From: Dehalococcoidia bacterium | GTDB lineage: Bacteria; Chloroflexota; Dehalococcoidia; Plut-88900 | DNA length: 64,000 nucleotides | Assembly (NCBI GenBank): GCA_965197645.1 | Contig: OZ240219.1 | Span: 1,440,001-1,504,000, forward strand | Reading direction: 5' to 3' | Shown here: one piece after another, positions 51,592 to 60,092 of the stretch | Numbering within the stretch: the stretch's first letter is position 1 | Layout: the number at the start of each line of letters is the position of its first letter | Program-made: the position numbers and the translations under genes | Notes under the pieces: generated by a model | Told to the model about the DNA's origin: nothing | The model's input: only the letters and a program-made list of their open reading frames with translations | Databases searched by the model: none

Positions 51592-51631
51592 GTCATTGCG
51601 AGCCCCGACTTTGTCGGGGCGTGGCAATCTC
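51592..51631 (+). repeat. REP-like palindrome GTCATTGCGAGCCCCGAC-TTT-GTCGGGGCGTGGCAATCTC
   Basis: Internal hairpin; shares its 3' half with 28041-28089 and 49442-49490. A further partial copy lies at 51797-51821. Confidence 0.8.
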
Positions 51632-51698
51632 AGGCTAGGCTTTCCTCCAAGTAGGTGGGGCTTGTGTTGATGGATGGGTGCCCGACTCCAGGTTAGTT

Positions 51699-51759
51699 TT
51701 CCCACCCACCCGCCCTGAGATGTATTCTATCTGGGGGCACGTTCCCTGAACCCCCTGCC
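51699..51759 (-). repeat. Dispersed repeat related to 990-1055
   Basis: Reverse complement reads GGCAGGGGGTTCAGGGAACGTGCCCCCAGATA...AGGGCGGGTGGGTGGGAA. Confidence 0.55.
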
Positions 51760-51903
51760 TGCTGGGGCCGGTAGTCTGAGATCGCCCCCTGGTAAGGTCA
51801 TTCCGAGTCCTTCTAGGAATCCTCGTTGCCGGTGTCACCAGGTCCGTGATAGCTTGGCGGCGAATGTAGCGGTTGAGTTTCGTTTCTGCTAGTATTCGCT
51901 GGC

Positions 51904-53160
51904 TTGAGCACGACTGTAGACACCGTACCGGCCACAAACAGACCTTCCTCCTACCGCTGGGTGGTAATAGTCACCTGGATGATCTCCCATATCTGGGGGT
52001 TTATCGCGGTAGAAAGCCTCGGGTTTCTGCTTCCCAGCATGCGGGACGAACTGGGCCTCGAACCTATTCATGAGGGGCTGCTGGGAGCCGCACCTCTCAT
52101 CGGCGTGTTGTTCCTTGCGATAGCGTCCGGCATGGTCATGTCCAGGTTCAGCCCAAAACGCCTCACCACTATCACGCTGCTCGTCGGTACCGGACTGCTG
52201 GTCTTTCAAGGCTGGGCCCCGACCTTTGCGGTGCTGCTGGTGGGCCGCCTCCTCTACGGCATCTCCATCGTTGCCAGAGAGCCGGCCCGCGCCTTGCTGA
52301 TAAGGCAATGGATCCGACTCAGGGAGATAGTGGTAGCCAACGCCTCCATGAACCTCCTGTGGGGCATCAGCTCTATAGCGTTTATCCTCATCCCCCAGAT
52401 TCTCAAGCTTCTGGATGATAGCTGGCGGGACACCCTTTACCTGTTCGCAGCGATCTCGTTGGGGATGACCTTCGCATGGCAGATACTGGGTAGGGAGCGC
52501 GTAAACCCGGAATACTCCGGTGACCCCGCGTCTAGAGAGAGACCCCAGATAACCGCCGTCCTGAGATACAAGGAGCTGTGGTTGATCGGCATGGGAGTGG
52601 TGGGAATAGACATGGCGTTCGGAGCGCTGGCGGTATTCTGGCCCAGCTACATGCTGGACACCTACGATTTTTCCCTGCAGATGAGCGCCATAATGTGGGC
52701 TGTCAGCGGGCTTACCTCCGCTGTATCGGCGCTGGGAGTAGGCCTGATAGCTCAAAAAACGGGCAGACGAAGACCATTTCTAACCGCCGCAGGGATATTG
52801 ATGACCGTCACTACTATAGGGCTGCTCCTTACTGGTCACCTTCCCTATCTGGTATTGATATCCATCTCCCAGGGGTTGGCGTTTTCGATATTCCCCATTC
52901 TCATGACCATCCCCTTCGAGCTTCCCAACATAAAGCCCCGGGAAATAGCAGTGGCCAACGGGTTCATCGAGACCTTCTTCGTGGGCGGCGCCATGCTGGG
53001 TCCGATAGTGGCGGGCGGAATCCAGCAGATAACCGGTGATCAGAGACTGGCCCTGATGATCACCAGTGTCTGCGCGCTGACCCTTACGGCCACCGGGTTA
53101 CTACTGCCCAGGCAGGTGGACCAGATAGGGGGCCGGCAGCCCGCGCCCCAGACCGCCTAG
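51904..53160 (+). CDS. MFS transporter
   Basis: About 12 TM segments; paralogue of 22284-23516. Confidence 0.88.
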   Translation: MSTTVDTVPATNRPSSYRWVVIVTWMISHIWGFIAVESLGFLLPSMRDELGLEPIHEGLLGAAPLIGVLFLAIASGMVMSRFSPKRLTTITLLVGTGLLVFQGWAPTFAVLLVGRLLYGISIVAREPARALLIRQWIRLREIVVANASMNLLWGISSIAFILIPQILKLLDDSWRDTLYLFAAISLGMTFAWQILGRERVNPEYSGDPASRERPQITAVLRYKELWLIGMGVVGIDMAFGALAVFWPSYMLDTYDFSLQMSAIMWAVSGLTSAVSALGVGLIAQKTGRRRPFLTAAGILMTVTTIGLLLTGHLPYLVLISISQGLAFSIFPILMTIPFELPNIKPREIAVANGFIETFFVGGAMLGPIVAGGIQQITGDQRLALMITSVCALTLTATGLLLPRQVDQIGGRQPAPQTA

Positions 53161-54176
53161 ATCGCCCGGACGGCCTTGATGGTCTTCTTGAGCTGAGCTT
53201 CGTCCTCTGGATCGTCCTTGGGAAGAGGCAGCGAGGTCTGGGTGGCCCAGGCGCCGAAACGAGCCTTGACGGCATCGGCGATCTTGTCGTAGGTGCCGAT
53301 GGCGGAGAAAGCCTCCACCATTTCGTCGGTAATGAGGCCGACCATATTCTTCCACTCGCCGTTGAGGGATAGCTGATGAAGCTCTCCGGTCAGGTGTCCC
53401 CAGCCGTGTATGTCGAACACCGGGTTGTAGGTGCGGGTGGACCCGTAAAAGGACATCGACTCCCTGATCTGCTCTACCCCCCGGGCCACGTCCTCATCGG
53501 TGGCGCCCGTAATCACGAACCCACCCCCGGTAATCTCCAGGTCCTTGATCGATCTATCGGACTTCTCCAGCCCCTTTTCTAGGTTGGGCAGCACCACCTC
53601 GTCCACGTACTTGCCGGTGCAGAACCCGTGGAGCCGCAGGCTATCGCATACCTCGCCGGCCGACCGGATGTTGTATGTGTTCACCGCGGAAATTCCTATG
53701 GGAATGGTGGGATGATCGATGGGTCCGGGATCGAAGAAGGGGGTCATCAGGTTGAAGTTGTAGAACTTGCCCTGGAAGTTGAGCGGGGTGCGGTTCTGCC
53801 AGCAGTCCCAGATGACCCTCAACGATTGGACGTACTCCTTCAACCGGGGGCCCGGCGAGTCCCAGGGCACGCTGAACCGGCGCTGAATATGCCCCTTGAC
53901 CTGCGTCCCCAGGCCCAGTTGGAACCTGCCACCGGAGAGGTCTTGAATGGCCCACGCCTGATAGGCCGTGGTCATAGGGCTGCGGGGAAACGCCAGCGCT
54001 ATGTCCGTGGACAGCTGCACGTTGCTGGTGTGCTCGGCGGCGAGGGTGGAGGACAGGAAGGGGTCCAGCTTGATCTCGGGCACGGTGACTCCGTCGTAGC
54101 CCAGGTCCTCTATCCGCTTGGCCTCACCGGCTATATTCTTCAGACTGTCGTCACCTACGGAGGCGTAAACTTTCAT
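53157..54176 (-). CDS. LLM-class probable F420-dependent oxidoreductase
   Basis: E.LGYDG...PE...DPFL, IALAFPRSPM..AY.AW..Q..SGGRF.LGLGTQVKGHI.RRFS, LMTPFFDPGP and FYGSTRTY. Confidence 0.92.
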   Translation of the reverse strand: MKVYASVGDDSLKNIAGEAKRIEDLGYDGVTVPEIKLDPFLSSTLAAEHTSNVQLSTDIALAFPRSPMTTAYQAWAIQDLSGGRFQLGLGTQVKGHIQRRFSVPWDSPGPRLKEYVQSLRVIWDCWQNRTPLNFQGKFYNFNLMTPFFDPGPIDHPTIPIGISAVNTYNIRSAGEVCDSLRLHGFCTGKYVDEVVLPNLEKGLEKSDRSIKDLEITGGGFVITGATDEDVARGVEQIRESMSFYGSTRTYNPVFDIHGWGHLTGELHQLSLNGEWKNMVGLITDEMVEAFSAIGTYDKIADAVKARFGAWATQTSLPLPKDDPEDEAQLKKTIKAVRAI

Positions 54177-54194
54177 TCGATGGTCCTCTAATCT

Positions 54195-54806
54195 TTACTC
54201 GTAGACCTCCAGCATCAGGTCCGTGCATTCATCGCCGTTTATGGAATCCAGGTCCCAGGAGCAGGAGGTCACCACGACAAGCAGGTCCTTGAGAGCTTCC
54301 AACAGCACGTAGTCCCCCGGCTTGGCAGGAGAGGTCTTGGACTCCCAGTGGCCCTCCAGGTCCACGATGGGGGTATTCTGGAACAGGTTCACGGGGTGGG
54401 GTGGATGTGCGGGTGTGAAGTCGAACTCCTCCAACACCTCATTCAGGTTGTCCCGGCAGTTGCGGTGGTCGGACGAGGCGCCCACGGCCTCGAAAAGGGC
54501 GGGACTTCAGGCATTCAGGAGGAAATCGTGCACTCCTACGGTATCCTCCTCCAAATTGAGTAGGGGGTCCAGCTTGTTGCTGTAGAGGGGCTGGCCGAGG
54601 ATGGGGTAGATGCGACGCAGCTGGCTCCAGCTGCCATCGGGCGATAGGTACTCTCCCGGATCGTCTAGAACGAAGGCGAACAGATCGCCTATCTGCTGGC
54701 CATGGGTGTTGACGACTTTGACCCTCTGGCCCTTCTTGGCCAGTACGCCACCGCCGTGATAGGCGGGCACCAGTCGTTCCGATAACAGTTTTCTTCCGGT
54801 GGTCAT
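54195..54806 (-). CDS. DUF1989 (urea carboxylase-associated/CgdAB-like) protein with in-frame UGA (probable selenocysteine; alternatively a pseudogene)
   Basis: The two track ORFs (54507-54806 and 54195-54485) share one frame, separated only by TGA at 54509-54507. Read-through gives 203 aa with G.QI.D, HD....[U], H.NC.DN, P.NLF.N, S.PGDYV.L.A and TSC..D. Confidence 0.85.
54474..54492 (-). promoter_or_regulatory. Candidate bacterial SECIS hairpin
   Basis: Starts 14 nt after the UGA: CGAGGC-C-GUGG-G-C-GCCUCG, with an apical loop starting GU. Confidence 0.5.
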
Positions 54807-54920
54807 GGGCGTCCTCCCCTCCTGAATATCAAGCAGCTAGAGCGGTGTCAACGATACCGTCGAGACACGAGATGTGTCAAACACCGCCCTCCATGCCCGA
54901 CTGCTGTCACCAGGCCGATG

Positions 54921-55061
54921 GGGCACGGGGTCTGGAAAGGGGCGAAGCCCCCTTGTCGGAAGCCTGAGAGCCTGCCCTGAACTCGCCGAAGGGGTGTCCC
55001 TCAGAATTTTTCTTTATCTCTTCCTCCTTCCAGGCTTGGAAGGGGGGCAGGGGGATGGTCG
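54921..55061 (+). repeat. Composite GC-rich palindromic intergenic element (MITE/REP-like)
   Basis: AGGGGCGAAGCCCCT hairpin, CTGAG...CCCTCAG, CCTTCCAGGCTTGGAAGG, and a terminal GGGGATGGTCG shared with about 51470-51497. Confidence 0.55.
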
Positions 55062-55115
55062 TCAAAACCTTGCCCTGTGCCTGCATCGCCGTTATCCTCA
55101 TAGAGGAGTCCATCC

Positions 55116-56102
55116 ATGGTAGAAACCGACACACAATCCATCGCTGCCACCGCCAACCGGCTGTACGAAAACATCGGGCGGGTCATCGTCGGCAAACGGG
55201 AGGTGGCAGAGCTGTTCCTGGTAGCCACGCTGTGCGAGGGCCACGTGCTGATCGAGGACGTGCCGGGCATCGGCAAGACCATGCTGGCCCGTTCCGTGTC
55301 TCGCTCCTTGGGCTGCTCCTTCCGGCGCATACAATGCACCCCCGACCTGCTCCCCTCCGATATCACCGGCACCTACATATACAACCAGCAGACCAGCGAG
55401 TTTCAGTTCCGACCCGGCCCCATTTTCGCCCAGGTGGTGCTGGCCGACGAGATCAACCGGGCCACTCCCCGCACCCAATCTGCGATGCTGGAGGCCATGG
55501 AGGAAGGCCAGGTGACGGCGGAGGGCGAGACCAAGGCTCTGCCAAAGCCGTTCCTGATAATGGCCACCCAGAACCCCATCGAGCTGGAGGGCACCTTCCC
55601 GCTGCCCGAGGCCCAGCTGGACCGGTTCCTGCTGCGAGTCAGAATGGGCTACCCAACCGAGGAGGACGACCAGCTGATTCTCGACCGGTTCGCCGAAGAT
55701 AATCCCATACATGCCCTGGAACCTGTAATCTCGGCCGAGGAGCTGACCGGATTGCAGACCAGCTGCCGCGGGGTAAGGGTAGGCCCCGAGGTCCGGCGGT
55801 ACGTAATCCAGCTTGTCCATGCCACCCGAGAGCATCCCCAGGTGGAGTTGGGCGCCAGTCCCCGCGCCATGCTGGGCATGTTCAGAACAGCCCAGGCCCT
55901 GGCCGCCGTCCGGGGGAGCGACTACGTTATCCCGGACCACGTCAAGTACCTGGCTCCCTTCGTGCTGGAGCATCGGATCATCGCCGATGCCCAGAGCCAC
56001 ATTCGCGGGCTTACCGCCTCGGGTATCCTGCGCGAGGTGCTGGACTCGGTGCCCGTTCCCGTGGAAGACGAGGAGGGCGTCGCGTCGGAAGCGGGGCGCT
56101 AG
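55116..56102 (+). CDS. MoxR family AAA+ ATPase (second paralogue)
   Basis: [39 protein letters not shown] and [14 protein letters not shown]. Confidence 0.96.
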   Translation: MVETDTQSIAATANRLYENIGRVIVGKREVAELFLVATLCEGHVLIEDVPGIGKTMLARSVSRSLGCSFRRIQCTPDLLPSDITGTYIYNQQTSEFQFRPGPIFAQVVLADEINRATPRTQSAMLEAMEEGQVTAEGETKALPKPFLIMATQNPIELEGTFPLPEAQLDRFLLRVRMGYPTEEDDQLILDRFAEDNPIHALEPVISAEELTGLQTSCRGVRVGPEVRRYVIQLVHATREHPQVELGASPRAMLGMFRTAQALAAVRGSDYVIPDHVKYLAPFVLEHRIIADAQSHIRGLTASGILREVLDSVPVPVEDEEGVASEAGR

Positions 56103-56104
56103 AG

Positions 56105-57346
56105 GTGCTGAGCGGCGCCTGGATCAGCTTTACCCTGGCGCTGGTCCTGATAGGGGTGCTGACCCAGCAGACCCTCATACTGCTGGCGGCCCTCCTTTTC
56201 TTTTTCACCTCGGGAGTAGCCAGGCTGTGGACCAGATATGCCCTGGACCGCATGGAGTACAAGCGCAGCTTCAGCGTAAACCGGGCCTTCTTCGGCGAGA
56301 CCATCAACCTGGAACTGGGCATAGCCAATCTCAAAATCCTGCCCGTGCCCTGGCTTCACATCCGGGACGAGGTCCCCGAGGAGCTGACCTTCCTGAAAGG
56401 CGTCACCATTCCTACCCACAAACCCTCCCGCCTGACGCTGCCCAACTTCCTATCGTTGGGGTGGTACCACCGCATAACCCGCCGCTATCCCATCCAGTGC
56501 CTGAGGAGGGGTTATTTCTCCTTCGGTCCGGCCACCATCCGCTCCGGCGACCTTTTCGGCTTCTTCAACAAGCAACTCACCGAGGAGAAGGTTGACCGCC
56601 TGCTGGTCTATCCTCGCATCGTGCCTCTGGAGAGCCTCGACATCCCATCTCGAAACCCCTTTGGCGATATGAAAGTGAGGCGGCACCTCTTCCAGGACCC
56701 AGTCCGGGTGGCGACAATCAGGGAGTATCAGCCTGGCGACCCGTTGAAGCATATCCACTGGAAGGCCTCGGCCCGATTGAGGCGGCTCCAGTCCCGCGTC
56801 TTCGAGCCCACGACGGCGGTGGACCTGAGCATCTTTCTCGATCAGACCACCGGGGATGACTCCTTTTTCGGCGCTCCCGTACAGCAGGAACTGGAAACGG
56901 CCGTGCTGGTGGCAGCCTCGGTGGCCAGCTACGCTGTCAACAATGGGTACCGCGTTGGCCTGTACGCCAACGAGCTGTACGCCAACACCAGGCGGCTGAT
57001 GAAGCTCTCTCCATCGGACCACCCGGACCAGCTGACCCTGGTGCTGGAGGCCCTGGCCCAGGTACGGGGCCTCCCCTTCGGTGGGCTGGACGAGATGTTG
57101 GACCGGGAGGCGCGCTCGCTGCCATGGGACAGCACAATGGTAGTGATTTCGGCGTCGCCGCAGCGGTCCTCCATGGCCACATTGCACCGGTACCGTCGCG
57201 CAGGCCGGCGAGTGGCCCTAATCCTCATAGGTGAGCGGGCCGGTCGCATCCAGCCCAAGGGAATTCCCGTCTACCACGTTTCGGACCAAGTCTACTGGCG
57301 AGAGGTAGAGTCGCTGCGGCTGACGCCTCTGGGAGATTCGACCTAG
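56105..57346 (+). CDS. DUF58 (vWA-like) protein
   Basis: RRGYF.FGP, GDLFGF, LVYP, REYQPGDP.K.IHWKASAR, LE.AV.VAAS and VGLY.N. Confidence 0.92.
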   Translation: MLSGAWISFTLALVLIGVLTQQTLILLAALLFFFTSGVARLWTRYALDRMEYKRSFSVNRAFFGETINLELGIANLKILPVPWLHIRDEVPEELTFLKGVTIPTHKPSRLTLPNFLSLGWYHRITRRYPIQCLRRGYFSFGPATIRSGDLFGFFNKQLTEEKVDRLLVYPRIVPLESLDIPSRNPFGDMKVRRHLFQDPVRVATIREYQPGDPLKHIHWKASARLRRLQSRVFEPTTAVDLSIFLDQTTGDDSFFGAPVQQELETAVLVAASVASYAVNNGYRVGLYANELYANTRRLMKLSPSDHPDQLTLVLEALAQVRGLPFGGLDEMLDREARSLPWDSTMVVISASPQRSSMATLHRYRRAGRRVALILIGERAGRIQPKGIPVYHVSDQVYWREVESLRLTPLGDST

Positions 57347-57348
57347 CC

Positions 57349-58890
57349 ATGCGCCAGGATCGTCCTCTTCTGTGGCTTCCCAACGCCGAGCGGATCATGC
57401 CGGTCCTGGTAGTGTTCGCCGAGGTGCTGTGGCTCTATCCGTGTGTGGTCTGGATTAGCGGTTGGGACATCCTCGGCCTGGAAGAGCCGCCTCTAACCCT
57501 GGTTGGGGCCCTGATGATCGCCATTGGGGCGGAAAGATTGCCGAGACTGTTCCTCGCCCTGGGGGGACCGCTGGAGCGGGCGCGTGTTACCTCGTTGTTC
57601 GGCGTCGTCCTCTTGCTGGCCCTGGTCGTGCGGCTGGACTCCGGGGGAGGCTACATACTGTGGGACACCGGTTGGAGAGAGTACGCGCAGGACAACGTGG
57701 TCCTCATCGTCGGCGGACTGGCCTTGGGAGCCGTCCTCGCCTACCGGGGCCTCTCGATGGGCGTGGAGCTGCCTTCTTTTCATAGCCTGTATCGCAGGTT
57801 CGTTGTGGGGGCTGTATCCCTGCTCGTGCTCATGGTGACGTGGAGCGTCACTGCCCACGCCGAGGGGTTCTCCTCCATTCCCGCCTCCACCGGTGTCTAC
57901 CTGGCCTCCTACTTCTTCATGGGGCTTCTCGTCCTCGCCCTTTCCCACCTTCGCACCTTCAAAGAGACGATGGCCGAGCACCAGGAGTCGACCAGCTTCC
58001 TGAATCGATGGTCTCTCTCGCTGCTGCTGGGCGTTCTAGGCCTCATCGTAGCTGCATCCCTGGGCATCGCCAGCATCTTCTCCTTCGATCTGGCCGCCCT
58101 GATGCTAAGCCCCTTCAAGGCCCTGGCGGAGTGGATACTCATCGGCTTCACCTACGCAGTCATTCTGCCCTTGGCCCTAGCCGTCGGAGGGGTCCTGTGG
58201 ATCATAAACCAGCTCCGCGGAAGCGGAGATGAATTCGATCCGCCGGATCTGTCCCCGCTTCAGGACCCGGAAACCATCGAAGATCCTACCGCAGACCTGC
58301 TCCCGGGAGCCGAGATGGTCGAATCCGGAGGCATCCCCCCGGAGCTGGTGCTGGCCTTGAAGTGGGGACTGTTTGCCATAGTCGCCATCGTTGTGTTCTT
58401 CTTCCTGGCCAGGGCACTGGCCCGCTATCGCAAGGGCCGTTCCGACGACGAGGTCGAAGAGGTAAGCGAGTCGTTGCTGTCCTGGTCCGTCTTCGGTGCG
58501 GACCTCCGAATCTTCCTGTCCGGCCTCTTCGACCGCTTCCGCAAACGGGCCGACGAAGCGGTGGCATCGGTCTCTCCTCCCCTTTCCGTAACCGATATAG
58601 AAGACGACGTCGAAAGCCAGTTCACCACCCGCGAGATCTACCAGGGCATGCTGTGGGAGGCCCGCCTGTCCGGTCTCCCTCGACTCCATCCGGAGACGCC
58701 GTACGAGTACCAGGGAAAGCTGGAACGCCATCTTGCAGACGACGTCGAGCTCCATGCCATCACCCAAGCCTATGTGGACGAACGCTACGGTGGCGTCCAG
58801 ACCGATTCGCAGCGCCTAAGGTTGTTGAACATGATGTGGCGTCGGCTCCGGTCGATGCTGAGAGGGCTGAGAGACCCGCCCGAGCCCTGA
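57349..58890 (+). CDS. Multi-TM protein with C-terminal DUF4129-like domain
   Basis: Many TM segments; C-terminal R.IY..ML......G..R...ETPYEY...L...IT.AY...RYG. Confidence 0.8.
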   Translation: MRQDRPLLWLPNAERIMPVLVVFAEVLWLYPCVVWISGWDILGLEEPPLTLVGALMIAIGAERLPRLFLALGGPLERARVTSLFGVVLLLALVVRLDSGGGYILWDTGWREYAQDNVVLIVGGLALGAVLAYRGLSMGVELPSFHSLYRRFVVGAVSLLVLMVTWSVTAHAEGFSSIPASTGVYLASYFFMGLLVLALSHLRTFKETMAEHQESTSFLNRWSLSLLLGVLGLIVAASLGIASIFSFDLAALMLSPFKALAEWILIGFTYAVILPLALAVGGVLWIINQLRGSGDEFDPPDLSPLQDPETIEDPTADLLPGAEMVESGGIPPELVLALKWGLFAIVAIVVFFFLARALARYRKGRSDDEVEEVSESLLSWSVFGADLRIFLSGLFDRFRKRADEAVASVSPPLSVTDIEDDVESQFTTREIYQGMLWEARLSGLPRLHPETPYEYQGKLERHLADDVELHAITQAYVDERYGGVQTDSQRLRLLNMMWRRLRSMLRGLRDPPEP

Positions 58891-59016
58891 CCTATCCCCG
58901 GCGTGCGTGTTGACCCCAATCCCCTGCTGATGTAGCCTACATAGACCTCTGGAGCCCCCGGAAAACGAGTTTCCCCCTTCCGGGCAGGGGCCCCAGGCAA
59001 GTGTGGAGGAGGCGCC

Positions 59017-60024
59017 GTGACCGACAGGCTGATCACCTATTACACCGGGTTCCCATCCTTTTTCAACGCTCCGATCAAGGAGATCGACCAGGTAGAAGAG
59101 GGAATGGTGGTTGTAGCGGGAGTGCCCATCGATCAGGGAGTGGTCACGGCCCGGAACGGTGCTCGGTTCGGGCCCCGAGGCATACGAGAGGCCTCCATGA
59201 GCCTTCGAGGCGCCTACGAGGTCGCTTCCGAACACACCCTCCGTGAACCGGACAGCGATCTCTGGCTGCGGCCCAAGGAGGCTCCCAGCTTCGGCGACAT
59301 CGGCGATTTCCACGTTAATCCCACCGACATCCGGGACACGACCAAGACCGTCATAGAGGGGGTGGGCGATATCGTCAAGCGCGGCGGCATGCCGGTGATC
59401 CTCGGCGGTGACCACTACGTGGCCTATCCCGGTTTCGCCGGGTTCGCACGGGGTATGCTGGAGCGGAAGTCCAACCCTCGCCTGGGGTATCTCCACATCG
59501 ACAGCCACCCCGACTTCAGAGACCGGCACGGGGTGGGGGGCAAGTACACCCACGGCACCCAGGTGCGACGCCTGAGCGAAGATACCACCATCTCCTACAA
59601 GAATATGGCCTGGGTCGGGCTCAACGGGGCGGTCATCGATCCAGCCCAGCATCGTATCTTCGATAAGGAGGGGATGAAGGTGATGTCGGCCAAGGTGGTA
59701 CGAGAGCAGGGCCCGGCAGAGGTTGTGAGACAGGCAATGGAGGTGGTGGCCGATAGCGCCGACGCCGTCTACGTGAGCATCGACATCGACGTGGTCGACG
59801 GCTCCTTCGCTCCGGGCACCGGCGCCGCCGTCTTCACCGGCATCACCACCGATGAGTTTATCGGCATCACCGACGCTCTCAGCGGGTACGACGTCATCGC
59901 CGCAGTGGACATGTGCGAGGTATCGCCACCGCTGGACCCCATGAACCGGACGGTGTTCCTCGCCGCCAACGGCCTCTTGAGCGTGCTCACCCCAAAGCTG
60001 CTGGATGTGGTGGACGTGGACTGA
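59017..60024 (+). CDS. Ureohydrolase (agmatinase/arginase family) paralogue 1, intact metal site
   Basis: GVP.D, GARFGP..IRE.S, GGDH, HIDSHPD, THGT, SIDIDVVD...APGT and CEVSP. Confidence 0.93.
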   Translation: MTDRLITYYTGFPSFFNAPIKEIDQVEEGMVVVAGVPIDQGVVTARNGARFGPRGIREASMSLRGAYEVASEHTLREPDSDLWLRPKEAPSFGDIGDFHVNPTDIRDTTKTVIEGVGDIVKRGGMPVILGGDHYVAYPGFAGFARGMLERKSNPRLGYLHIDSHPDFRDRHGVGGKYTHGTQVRRLSEDTTISYKNMAWVGLNGAVIDPAQHRIFDKEGMKVMSAKVVREQGPAEVVRQAMEVVADSADAVYVSIDIDVVDGSFAPGTGAAVFTGITTDEFIGITDALSGYDVIAAVDMCEVSPPLDPMNRTVFLAANGLLSVLTPKLLDVVDVD

Positions 60025-60048
60025 ACCCCGGTGTAACGGCTACGGCCA

Positions 60049-60057
60049 TGCTATAAT
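60049..60057 (+). promoter_or_regulatory. Extended -10 promoter (TGcTATAAT) internal to the ureohydrolase array
   Basis: Consensus TGnTATAAT ending 35 nt before the start of paralogue 2. Confidence 0.55.
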
Positions 60058-60092
60058 ATCGGTCACTCCCAGCTTCCTTAGAGGGCAACCGG

